NCBI GenBank assembly: GCA_046563655.1
Contig: CM102285.1
Span: 9,486,001 to 9,550,000 of the forward strand
Reading direction: 5' to 3'
Source of the DNA: Yuukianura sp. NJ FZ-2021
Lineage: Eukaryota
Length of the DNA stretch: 64,000 bases
Shown piece by piece: positions 1 through 12,900 of this stretch. Position numbers and translations under genes: made by a program. Position 1 is the first letter of the stretch. Every line of letters starts with the position of its first letter. The notes under the pieces are model-generated. The model worked only from the letters and a program-made list of their open reading frames with translations, had not been told where the DNA came from and made no database searches.

Positions 1-1862
1 TCTTTCTGCCTGTTTGTGTCATTTGAACCAATTCTGTTTCCAAGATTGATGATTTATTGCACAAAGGTCACTCAACCCATCTTCAAAGGAACCAATCCTT
101 GGTGTCTTTCCTATATCTTCGTTCTATTTAGTACTTGCGCTGTGTCTTTTTGCACAAACCTAAACTCGTCCTTACAGAAAAATGCTAGAGGCAAAAAATT
201 TTCTTGTGCGTCTAATGAAAAACAGGTAAAAAATAAGCGTCTCTGAGAAAGTTTTAACAAAAATTTCAACTTTTTAATAACTTTGTAAAAATTAAGTCCA
301 CTTCATTTTTCAAGTTGTACAGGCGTGTGATTGTGGACAACTATGCTCATCCTGAGATCCCCGAGAATCTGCGAAAGGTCAAAGGTCAAATTCTTTGCGT
401 TCAGTGCAAATCCATTCTTCTGAAAGTAAAAAAAATCTGTTTACTTTTGTCCTGATTGCATTATGACACGAACCATCGAAAGAAAAGGCTTTGATCACTT
501 TAGTATCTTTTAAATGTCCCACACTCGAGTATTTCTTCCAGAAAAGGCAGGATGCATGATGGAACGTATTAGGGAAAATGTCAAGTTATGACGACATTTC
601 GAACTTGCTTTAATCAAGAAAAGCATGCAATTCGGTCTAAATTGTGTTGAGGTCATAATTTGAAATTACGGAAGTACACAGGTTTAGCCTAAAAAGTCTC
701 TAAAACTCCAGTAGGAAACTCGTTTTTCTTTTGAGTTCGTGATTTTTATTGTCATCTTTTCATTTGATCTCATCACCGACAAAGTTCAAAAACTGTTTTG
801 GTTTGGACTAACAGAATTTTCGTCTACTTTATTTGACATTTTGGCACGCAACTTTTTGAGAGGTCAAAAGCACTTTGTAAATCCTTTTGAAGTTTGGTCT
901 TTTTATTTTCCTTGAATTCACCAAATACGCGTTAAAAGCTCAGTGCATTTTGATCTACTGACGCAATGACTTCATGGAAAATACCGCGAATTGTGATGGC
1001 AGTTTGTTATCAATTAACACTATTGACCGTGTGTTTCGTTAACTGTACAATTCTGAAGTAGTTCTCACAAGGTACTATACAATTGACATTGATTGACCTT
1101 GCTCAAGTAGGTTTTGCTAAAAAAAAAATTTGACATCATCACAATTGAAGCTGTTTAGCCTGAGCAGGTTTCACTTCACAGTTCATTTCAACTTTAGTAA
1201 ATTTGTACAGTCAGGTTTTATTGTTCACTCACAGCAAAAGCTAACAAAAAAATTGGTAAATGTTAAATTAACCTAAAAATCACTTTCCTACGCTCCAAAT
1301 GCTCTTCCTATGATTTTATGTATATTTCCAAGAACCTGATTTTAGTTTAAAGCTTAAAAACAAGTGAAAGGCATACCAATTATTCCGTGTGTGACTGATA
1401 ATAGGAAGAGAGCTAATGAATACTTAGCAGACGCCTGTTACAACCACAACTGAAATCCTATACTCCTCTGTGCAATTATAAATTTTAAGTATTTTGAAAT
1501 TACTTTCAGTTTTAACCATCGTTTTGGCAAGTCAGCAATTGCGTATGTAGCTGTCCACCTTGGAAATTGCAGACATCACCATACTTTACCTTAAGCCAAA
1601 TCTTTGGCGTCATGTGCTTGTGCTGTTGAAACAAGACTGCGAATAGATGTAAGAATACGAAACTAGACAGTATTTGCTTATCCTTGTCGTTCTGCACTTG
1701 AACATCGCTTGTTCAGAGGTGATAATGACACTTATCTCGGAAAACAATTTTTAATTCAGCGTAAATTTCCTTTGTGGGCACAGTGGTTTCCGCGCATTCC
1801 AACGAACTGGTCAAAAATTGAGTTTATAGTTTAATTTTTCAAATTTTTAAACTTTGAAAAAA

Positions 1863-4045
1863 ATGAAAAAGGGAACAAAATTTTTCGCGACGGGTGGGGC
1901 AGTGCTGCTAATTGTTGGAGCAATCATTGGTGGAGTCTTGTATTCGACTAGTAGCTCATCTTCAAGTGAAGATGATCCTGCCACTCTGCAATTGCCACAT
2001 TCCAGAAGACAAGTACTGAAAGTGTTGCAGAACATTCCAGTAATTGATGGGTAATTTTCATTTTGATTAGTAAAAATACATTTTCGATGTAACAAGGGGA
2101 TGGATTATTCAAATTTAAGTGAAAACTTTAATAATAGATTAAATTTAAATTAAATTTTATGTTCCAGGCATAACGACTTTCCCTGGAACGTCCGAAATTT
2201 CTTGTTCAACGACTTAGCACAACTCAACTTCAATTCGCATTTGAACGAAACGGAACCGTGGGCCAGCAGTCCCAATTCACATACTGACATCCCAAGACTT
2301 CGTGAAGGCCATGTTGGAGCACAGGTAAAAATTTTCCATTCATGTTTTTCAAAAAAAAATAGAAACATAGCTTTCCAAGTGAGTAATTCCACAAAAAAGC
2401 GTCATGAACATGATTTCAAATCCTACTCTTCGTTAAGCATTTTCGTCGTGAATGATTTAAAATTTGAAAGTATTTGGCACTTTGTGTTTAGTTTTGGGTT
2501 GCGTACGTGGGATGCAGCGGCCAGTACAAAGATGCTGTGGAGCAGACCGTTGAGCAAATCGATGTCATCAAGAGATTGGCAGCACAGTATTCGGATGACT
2601 TGCAATTTGCAACCAGTGTAGCCGGTAGGCAAAATTTCAAAAGAATTGCATGAACTGTATTCATTGGTTTTGCAAGCTAATTCTCATATTTTAAAATTTT
2701 GCAAATTTTGAAATTGAAGACATTGAAGATGCAATTTCGAGAAACAAGATTGCAAGTCTGATTGGAGTTGAGGGCGGACACTCCATTCAGTCCAGTTTTG
2801 GAATACTGCGCATGCTTTATAACCTCGGAGCTCGTTACATGACCTTGACACACTCTTGCAACACACCTTGGTATCTTATTCTAAAAAAAAACGGTTTTTC
2901 TTTTTTGAGATTACACGGTGTATCTAAATTTCAAAATGTTTTGATTGTGCTTACAGGGCTGACAGTTCTCCAGTAGATGCTTTCAATGCAACAATTTTTG
3001 CAGAGAACAATGGACTGTCTGAATATGGAATCGTAAGTTCTAAACAATTCAATTTAGGCATTTGTTTGGAAAATATGTCTTAAAAACACAAAGTCTTTTC
3101 AAAGAAAACTCATTTTCAAAAAGGGAAATATGTTGCAAATGTTAAAAAATATTTTTGGTTTCAGAAAATTGTTCATGAGATGAATCGGTTGGGCATGATG
3201 ATTGACTTGTCTCATGTGTCAAAGGCAACTATGATATCAGCATTGCAAAATTCCAAGGCCCCAGTCATATTTTCACACTCTTCCGCATGGACCTTATGTA
3301 ATCATCATCGAAACGTACAGGACGATGTCTTGCAGCTTGTTGTAAGCATTTTGATATCAAAAATTGTCAAATTACGAAACAATTCGAACAAAAGCATAAA
3401 TTAGTGACTTTAAAACAGAAAGAGAAGAATTCCTTGGTCATGGTGAATTTCTACAGTTATTTTATCCAATGCGATTCTTCCAAAAATGCAACTTTACAAG
3501 ATGTTGTTCGTAAGTAAAATTTATCGTCAAGCACAACTTACAACTATTTCTCATCATTGAAAATTCGTGTTTTTGTATACTTTGAACAGGGCATATTGAT
3601 CACATTCGAAATATTACTGGTCCGGATCATGTTGGGCTTGGTGCGGACTACGACGGAATAGACAAGCCATCCCAAGGGTTGGAAGATGTCTCAAAATACC
3701 CGGATTTACTTGAAGCCCTCTATGAAACCGGGAGGTGGTCTATTTCGGATTTGGAAAAATTGGCTGGAAAAAATTTGCTTCGTGTATTTGGAGCCGTTGA
3801 GGCGGTAGGTTTAGCACAACACTTTTAGTTGAAATTTCAAACACCAATTCTGTAATCTTTTTTGAATTTAGGTCCGAGATAGTCTTAGTACTTCAGCGCC
3901 AATCCAGGAAACGATGACGCGAGCAGAATTTGAGAACCATGGTGCCAATTTGAATTGCACTACTGCAAAACTCCCGGGTGATGATGCATCTGACAATAAT
4001 GTTCGTAAAAAACGATTTGCGCCAGAAGATTCTCCAGAACTGTGA
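1863..4045 (+). CDS. Membrane dipeptidase (peptidase M19, renal dipeptidase family), copy 1; multi-exon; N-terminal membrane anchor
   Basis: Spliced exons give [63 protein letters not shown] and GLGADYDG, so all M19 metal ligands are present. Hydrophobic segment [19 protein letters not shown] 1863, TGA 4043-4045, GT-AG introns. Confidence 0.92.
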
Positions 4046-4772
4046 AGCTCAAGTTTAGAACGTTCGGGAATAATAAATTATGTAGTAACTTGTTTCGCGA
4101 ATGACTTGCCGCCCATTTATTATCGTTACTAACAAGGCTAAAATATAGTAATATGTTATAATAAATAATTTTTAAGGTATAATTTAGTTTCATGTTTTTG
4201 GGTGCAACGTTGATAGGAACAAACGTTGTGTTTCATGTTGTTCGTGCAAAGCGTAGACCAAAATATAATACTTTTGGTAATTTTTTATTCTGTTAGTGAA
4301 TAGTTATTTTGAGGTTTGCATTCTATGTATTTAGATTTAATGGGAATTTTCTTTTTGATTTGGAATTTGGAAGTTAATTTCTTTCTTAACCTCTTTGTTT
4401 TCATCTCGTCGAAAATCACAATCTGAGATTTCGGGGTTGACGGACTCTTGTCAAAATCAAAATCGGACGCCGCGCCCCTTTCTACGTTAAAGAAAGTTGG
4501 ATTAAAGTGTAGGACTGGACACTGGACAGGCCTGCGGCGAAACCACAACAAGCAAAGGTTGTTGTGTAAAAAAAAAAATGCTTAAAATTTTTTAAAGCTA
4601 CGAGCGTGGCATGTTGGGCACAAAGAACAATCAATAATTTACAGCTTAATTCCGGGTAACGAAAAGGTGTTAATTGCTAACACTTAAGTTCAAGTGGGTT
4701 AAGCGATTCGGTAGTCAAGCCTTGGTCAGTTGAACTGACTTTCTTAAAAACAGCATACGCTACGAATCAAAA

Positions 4773-6718
4773 ATGTTTTCCCTAAAAATTCAATCGTTGC
4801 TTTTGCTTTCCATTTCATTGTACTCGGTAAATTCAGCTCCACCTTCATCCGCGTCTTTGAAAAGAGTTCATAAAATTTTGGCCCAACATCCGCTGATAGA
4901 TTGGTAAGTATTTTCAGAAACAATGAATCTTGAATATTTCTATATATGTATTTCTAATGTCTAGCCACAACGACGTACCATGGAACTTGCGCCATTCTCT
5001 GTACAACGACATTTCCAACTTCGATTTCAAATCTGATTTGAAAAATGATGCGTCGTGGATGAAATTCACGCCAGAGGAGAAGCATACAGACATTCCCAGG
5101 CTTAGAACTGGTGGCGTCGGAGCTCAGGTTTAAGAAACCTAAAATTTTGGAATCTCTTTTATTTTTCAAATTTCAAATTTTAGCCGTAATTTCAATTTGC
5201 AGTTTTGGGCTGCCTACGTGAAATGTGAGAGCCAGTATAAGGATGCCGTGGAACAGACTTTGGAGCAAATCGACGTTGCAAAACGCTTAATCCAAAAGCA
5301 CAGTGCGGATTTACGGTTTGCTACTAGTGTCCAAGGTATGGAATCATTTTTAATACAAATTTCGACTGGAAATCTGTATTTTCCTATTTTTGAAATAATT
5401 TTTTAGACATTCGAGACAGTTTCAAGAAGAACAAAATCGCGAGTTTAATTGGTGTTGAGGGAGGGCATAGCATTCAAAGCAGTTTAGGAATTCTGCGAAT
5501 GTTTTACGAATTAGGTGTCAGATACCTCACGCTTACACACAACTGCAACACCCCATGGTATTAATTAATATATTTAAGTATATTATTAGTTAATAAAAAC
5601 TTAATTACGTTAACAACTTAATGACTTACGATGTATTTAATTTAGGGCTGACTCTTGGAATGACACTGGGGCAAACGCTCACCTTCCGACAAATCACGGG
5701 CTGTCAAAGTTCGGAGTGGTAAAAGTTCACTTTTTCAGCAATTTAGCAGGACGCGAGCGAATTTCATATTTCGCGTTGTAAATCATTTTGTTGAATTGCA
5801 TTTACTGTTTAGCAAATTATTCACGAAATGAATCGTTTGGGAATGATGGTCGACGTGTCACATACTTCGCATGACACGCAGATTCACGCCCTCCAGCACT
5901 CCAAGGCACCAATCATCTTCTCCCACACGGGGATCTTTGCCAAGTGCCCCAAAGGACGCAACGCTGAAGATGATGTTCTAGAACTTCTGGTTCAAATTGA
6001 ATTTCTAGGAAAATTATCAAAAAATCTGTCTCTAATTGATCAAAGTTTGAAAATACTTGTAAATATATGTAGGCGAAGAACAAGGGCGTGGCAATGATAA
6101 GCTTCTATGCTCTGTACGCACGGTGTGACGGAAGCGGAACGAAGGCTACTATGGAAGACGTCATTGGTAACATTACTTAATTTCAAATGTGCTTTGGACT
6201 TAGGTTTACAAAGTGAAAAGTACTTGGGTTTGCAAAATAGGGCACATTGAACATGCTCGAGCAAAGGCCGGTGTCGACAGCATTGGATTTGGAGGAGACT
6301 TTGACGGAGTCGATGTGTACGGTTTATTTTAGATTTTAAACTTCGTTTTGTAAGGTTTTAACTGAAATTTCAAAAAATTCGAAGGTTACCGCAAGGCCTG
6401 GAAGATGTTTCCAAGTATCCAGATCTACTGGCTGCCCTGATCGACACTGGACGCTGGACTGATGAGGACATTCGAAAGATTTCCAGCGGAAATATTCTCC
6501 GCGTATTTTCAGCCGTGGAGGAGGTATTTTCTAAGCAATTCCACTGCACTTTTGTTCAAATAATCAATTTGTATTTGAAATTTCGTTTTTAGGTGAAAAT
6601 ACAATTGGAAAATGACCCTCCTATACAAGATTCGATGACAAGAGCAGAGTTTGCGGAGAAACTAGCAGATCTTTCGGCAATTAAGGCCAAATTCCCAGGA
6701 GATCCAATGGAACCTTAA
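4773..6718 (+). CDS. Membrane dipeptidase (M19), copy 2; predicted secreted
   Basis: Signal-like [22 protein letters not shown], then [39 protein letters not shown] and GFGGDFDG. Intron layout closely parallels copy 1. TAA 6716-6718. Confidence 0.9.
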
Positions 6719-7244
6719 ACTTTACATTTCCTTGCCCCAATTCATCAATTTCTGACGTAAATTATTGAAATTCTTTGCAATTTAATTTATTGCTGACCTC
6801 CTAGACCTAGAGTTCAGAATCATGTTCATTAATTTGGTCACAGGAAAATAAACAAACCCAAAATTAATAGCTTTGAATCTAAGTTTAGAAAACAAGCAAG
6901 TTTAGCGAACGAGGAAGCAAATTTAGAAGGATTACGAGATTTATTTGCAACATTTACGTCTCCGAAAGACGCAAATAGACCATGATTTAATTTCAACCTT
7001 ATTTTTAATCTTTCAAAAGTGATGACTACGCTTTGGAATGACGATGATCGCAAAAAATGACCCCGAAGGTCTAATTCATTAAAGTACAATTGGATTTTGC
7101 AAGCCTGAACTGTTGACACTTCTGCTTGAGCCAAGATATTTGAAAGAATCGCATTTGCAACAAGTTGGGACAGTCGTGAAAGCATTTGAAAATTGCTGGA
7201 CAATGCATTTGTTAAGCGTACCCGCAAATTGTATTAGTTAGGTC

Positions 7245-9508
7245 ATGGAGTGGTACTACGTGTGGAGTAAGAAACAATTTCAACAACTAAACTTTTTAAA
7301 TATTTTTAAGTTATAAATAAAATTTTGAAATTGATTTTAAATAATTTAGGGAACCCTGGAGTTCGGCTCTGCGCTATTCTCATTGTAGTAATTGCAGTCA
7401 TCAGTGCTATTAGTACGATTTTAGTGTATGCCCTCAGTGAAAACCTTACGGCTCAAGAAAAAGCTGAAAGACTTTTAGCCGAAGTGCTGCTATTTGACGG
7501 GTTGGCTGACAATATTCTAAGTTCGAAATTTTGGGAATTTTGAAAATTTGAGTTTTTTCATTTTAGACATAATGACTTCCCGACTAATGCCCGGCTTTTG
7601 GTTCGTAATGATCTAAGTCTCTTCAATTTTTCACAAAATCTGACAGAAGATGAACATTTTTCGAAAAGCAACTACTCAAAAACTGATTTACTTCGACTTC
7701 GAACTGGAGGTGTCAAGGCTCAGGTGGCGATTAGACATTTTGTCAAAATTCAAAATTTTTTTTTTATCATATTTTTTTTTTATTCGAAATTTTGTTTATT
7801 TAAAATTTAAAGTTTATTTAAAATTTTGTTTATTTAAAATTCAAAATTTTGTTTTTTGGAAACTATATTTGTATTGGCAGTTTTGGGTAGCGAGAGCGGA
7901 ATGTGACAGTCAGTTCAAAGACGCAGTGGCGATTGTGATGGAACAAATTGACTTGATTAAGAGACTTGCTGCTAACTACAGTACAGATATGGCTCTGGTG
8001 ACATCATATGAAGGTAAATTACAAATCATGATTTACTATCATTTTGATTACCTTAAATAAATAAATGTGCATTCCAGAGTTGATGGCTGCAACAGAGGAA
8101 AATAAAATTGCGAGCATGATTACAGTTTGTTGTGGAAATTCAATCCAGTGGAGCTTTGCCATTTTGAGACAGTTTTATGACCTTGGTGTACGGGCTTTGA
8201 CCTTAGTTCCAGCTCTGTGTTCCACTCCATGGTAAATCGAAAAAATCAAAATTTATTTCAAAATGCTAAAAATTTGGAAATACATAAAGCTTACGGTTGG
8301 TTTTGCTTATTTCATATTATTCTGTTCAGGGGAGACTCATCTGTAGTAGATAGACCAAATCTCACCCATAAAATGCGACCTTGGAACAGCGGCCTTTCAT
8401 CTTTTGGAGAAGTTTGTCAAAATCAAAAATTTTGAAAAAAGAACCATAGTTTCACGATTTAAGTTTCTGAAAATATTTATATGCTCACTAGGAAATTATT
8501 TATGAGATGAATCGGCTTGGGATGATCGTTGATGTTTCTGAGTCTTCGGTGGGAACGATGAAGGAAGTTCTGATTCTATCCAGGGCTCCAGTCATATTTT
8601 CCCATTCTGCTGCAAATTCTATTTGTAACAACGAAAGGAATATTCCAGACGATGTTCTCAAATTAGTAGTACGGAAAATTTCAACCAACAATTACGTTTT
8701 TTTTTAAATTGCGAAACCTAAAAACTGTTACCACCATTTCAGAGACAAAAGGATGCTCTGATAATGGTCACATTTGATCCAAGCGTCCTCAGATGTGATG
8801 ACCAAAATGTTACAATTGCTGACGTCGTCGGTGAGTCAAGCACAATTTAAGCTGAACTTTCGACGTTAAAATCGAAATAGTCGTTAAAACATATTCTACT
8901 TTCAAATTTTTACACTGTTTAATACTTCCAGAACACCTTGAGTATTTGCGGGACAAGACGACTATTGACAACATTGGGATTGGAAGTGACTTTGATACTA
9001 TCGATTCGTATGTTTTCAGTTTTAGGATTCAAAACTGTCGGAAATTTCAGTTTTCAAACATTTTTCAAAAATTTTGAGTCTAACTTTAACCAAAATTTGC
9101 TTTACTTTGTGTAGAGTGACTGAGGGACTGGAAGATGTTTCAAAATTTCCTAATCTGTTTGCAGCCCTAATTGAAACGGAGCGTTGGTCGGACGAAGATT
9201 TAGAAAAATTGGCAGGAAAAAATATGTTGCGGGTTTTGCAAGACGTTGAAGCTGTAAGGAAACGAAAATATCAAGTTTTTCTGACTTTTTATTTCTGAAA
9301 TTTTGAAAGAAATTTTGAATTCCAGGTGAGAGACAAGATGTCAGACGTGAGTCCGGTACAATCGTTCATCAAACTGGGAGACTTGAAGAAATTAGGTTAC
9401 GATCTTTCGTGTTCCTCTAACATTTTACATGAACCACAACCACAACCGCAATTTGATCTTTCGAAATTGGGTCGATTGGTTCCAAAAACCAACTATGACC
9501 TACCATAA
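7245..9508 (+). CDS. Membrane dipeptidase-like protein (M19), copy 3; probably catalytically inactive
   Basis: Short first exon MEWYYVW, then TM segment [33 protein letters not shown] and GSDFD are kept. VEGGHS becomes VCCGNS, TLTH becomes TLVP, and DLSH becomes DVSE. Start exon is inferred. Confidence 0.82.
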
Positions 9509-9943
9509 TCAAAACCGTAAAATAATTTCACGAGAAGAAAAACAACACGAACAATAAATGATTCCGTTCATTTCTTCCAAATTTTTCAAAAGCCAACTGT
9601 TTTCTAAATTTTTATTATGAAAGCTGTTTGCATAACAAGAAAGAGTTACTTACTGGGCAATGTTTAAAACATCACTCAATCTTGAAAGTTAAGGCGAAAC
9701 GCTTCTAATTCTAAGTTTAACTTGTTTACAACTAAAATTGTTAATATAAACAACAACAAAGGCAATAACAATGACCTGTCCAAGCTCTTTTTCTAAAGAC
9801 ATGATTCAACGTGTATTGCTCACAGGGTTAGTCATCAGTCCATTAGAAAAGGCACTCCATTTTCGCGAATTCGCGAATTTTGAATAAACCGATTGATCTG
9901 ATTGGCTATTTTTCAATAAGTTATGTTTGGAGACAAGTAAAGT

Positions 9944-12900
9944 TTATCTGTACAGGTAATTCTTGGACTCCAAGGCTGGTTGTCCACATTTTCCGTGGTG
10001 TTTTTTCGCCACCTAAAAGTGAAATCACAATTTCTAGTAGACAAAAATTTTTAAAAATCTCAGATACGAAGAACCTGGAACCCCGCAGTTTGGCAATCAA
10101 CATTTTTCAAAATTTTGACACTTACGAGAGATCGAGATCGGCAATTTTCAATGTCTAGAAAGCATGCGTTTGAATAAGTTTTGTTATCCGTTCCACAGAC
10201 GGGGTCATACTCCATGGGACACATCTTGGAACAACCTCGAAATTGAAACGCCGCAAGACATCGCTTCATCGGAGTCACGTACATGTGTCTCCTACAGTTC
10301 AAAAATATTTAAAAACTGTAAAACCCCGTAAATAGAAAACATAACATTTCAAAAACATGGTCGAATCGTGCGAATAATTATTTGGGAAGACAATAGGAAG
10401 GATCGTTAAATCCCGAATGCATCCCTGCATTTTCCAAATCCATTAACCCTCCTCCTGGGATCCTCATGTTTATTTTACATCTCTCAAAGATCTTCTAGAG
10501 ATCTCAAAGACTCATGTCCACTTATGAAGACTTGATTCCACTTGAGGACTGAAGTTTTAGCACAATGGACATTGCATATGTACTCACCCGCAATTTGCCT
10601 TCTTCATCTCACATTCATTTCTGTAGAATTTGTTGTCTGACCCACAAACAAACTCACGACGACTCTCACAGTCCGCTTTGCAGAACTTGGTCGTTTGGCA
10701 CCTATCCAGAGACACGGAAACCACTTTTTGACCACAAGTCTCCTTCTTCATGTCACATTCGGACCTGTAAGGAACCGAAACTTTAGGAAGAATTCCACCA
10801 ATTCACAAATAATTGGGACAATCGTAACAATGGACTTTACTACGGAATCTGACAAGGGAGACCCATTAACTATTGATATGGGAAACGGTTTACGATGAGA
10901 TTCTTGAAAAACTGGGTAGAAACGGGACAAAAACGGGTAGTAAGAAAACACGCAAGAAAATTTTAATTGATTGAGTGGGCAATTAAGTAATCATCGCCTT
11001 ATTGAGGCCCGCTTAGGCAGACGGAACAACATCTCATCTTCACAAGTTATTCATTCCTGATCGTTAGTGATTTTTAATGTTTTTTTAAATTTCTTAATGA
11101 TTTTGTATATATTTTAATGATCTTACTTGTACACATTCCCGTCGGAACCACAAACGATGCGCTCATGCTCTGGTCCGTCGGGACACTTCTGCTGGACGCA
11201 AGGTTCAGAGATGCTCAGATTCGTACAAGCTCCCCAGTGAGCCATTTGAATTCCTTTTCTAAAATATTTCAAAAAATCTTGTTAAAAAACCAGAAGTTTT
11301 AAAGTTTTCAATAATGTAACGGTAGATCATAAGTACAAAGCCTAAAGACAGGTAGCATTTGTTTATGCGTTTTAAGTATTCGTTTAATAGTGTCTTGTAT
11401 GTTAGTTAAATTCCCAAGTACAATGCAAGGACAATAAAAGTTTTTTTGGCAAATGAGTAGTTAAAGTGTCAGAAAAATCTAAATTTTTGCCGTTACGTTT
11501 CATAACTGTACTGCTTAGACTACAGACTACTGGCAAAAAGTGGAATTTTGTTGCGAAAAATTTGTACCGAAAGTTTTACTGTTCAAAAAAAGTTAATATG
11601 TGTGGAGATTTGAGTTTATTAGGAACGAGCAGAATTTGGAAAGATTTCGAGTCAAGATTTTTGTATGATTTGATGAATCATTTTCTAAAGCGTGAACTGT
11701 CACGCTTTAAAAAATTTGCAGATTTTTAGTTTAAAATGCAATTCTAGCACGCGTTTCCGAAACAAAAAAAAGTCATTGCTTTGTCGCCTTTTCATTAGTA
11801 TGCAACTCGTTTTTTACTTTTCGTAGCGGAACCGAAAGTTTCCGCTTCGTTTTTTTCAAACTTTTTCAAAATCGTAACTTACCTGCATGTAGCCAATTGA
11901 AGTTGACACCAGTTCTTGTACGTGATATCGTCAGTGCCTGTTCTCGATTCAGAAAAAAAAGTAATCAAAATTTGAAATTTGGAAAATTCAAATTTTGAAA
12001 TTACGAGCTATTAATCTTCGTGGAAATTCGTTCCAAGAAATAGCCTTACCGCATACTGGGTCATAGTTATCACCACATCTGATAATTTTGCATCGTTCGG
12101 CTTTGGCGACACATTTGCTCATGGGTTCCTGCGTCACTTGGAACCGTGAAGGCCTATTAAAATAACTTATTTTTTTAGGTAACAAAAACATAAACATAAA
12201 ATTTTTGCAAATGTTCCCTTTTCCGAGAAGTGTGCAAATTCCGCCACCTCCTACCTATTACCCGGCTACATGATGGTGATTCATGGTTGACATTTTAGCG
12301 CCTCTAAAATCATCAACTTAATGTATGCAGAGAGGCAAGAAAGCACCGTTAGTATGCGACGCTGTTTTAGCTAAATGCTAACCTAAATGCTGCTTTGGGT
12401 GCTACAAAAGCACCAGAATTTTAAAAACTTTCAAAACGTAAGGGGAGGACATTTTTATATTTTAGAAATATCAAGTTGTTTATGGTTTTCCGACTACTTT
12501 TTTTCTTCTTTTGGAAAACTTTTTAAAACCGTTTCAGAATTCATGTCCCGAATTGCCGAATTTGAAATAATTTTTCAATGCTTTCTTAAGAAAGTGTTTT
12601 AGAAAAACAAGTGACTCACCCGCAATTAATTTTCTGCAACTCACAAACAGAGTTGTAAATATTTCCATCCGAACCACAAGTAAAGTTGACCGGTTCATTT
12701 TCACATGTGAATGACGATGGACATCCCATTTCAGCACGTCTCTCACGGACACAGAAGGACATTGGAACTTCATAAACATGTTTTCTAAGGAATCATAAAA
12801 TCAATCCCAGTTAATCATAATTTTAACTACGATTCGAGACAATCACGATTCACAAACAGAAGTTGAGCAACAAGGACATTAAGATGTCGATTTCTGATAT

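Noticed and set aside
1..1800. Short ORFs at the window start
   Set aside because: No recognisable motifs or consistent exon chain. Treated as intergenic or UTR/intron of a gene outside the window.
6838..7227. 129-aa minus-strand ORF between dipeptidase copies 2 and 3
   Set aside because: Non-ATG start, no domain similarity, and it overlaps the presumed promoter of copy 3.
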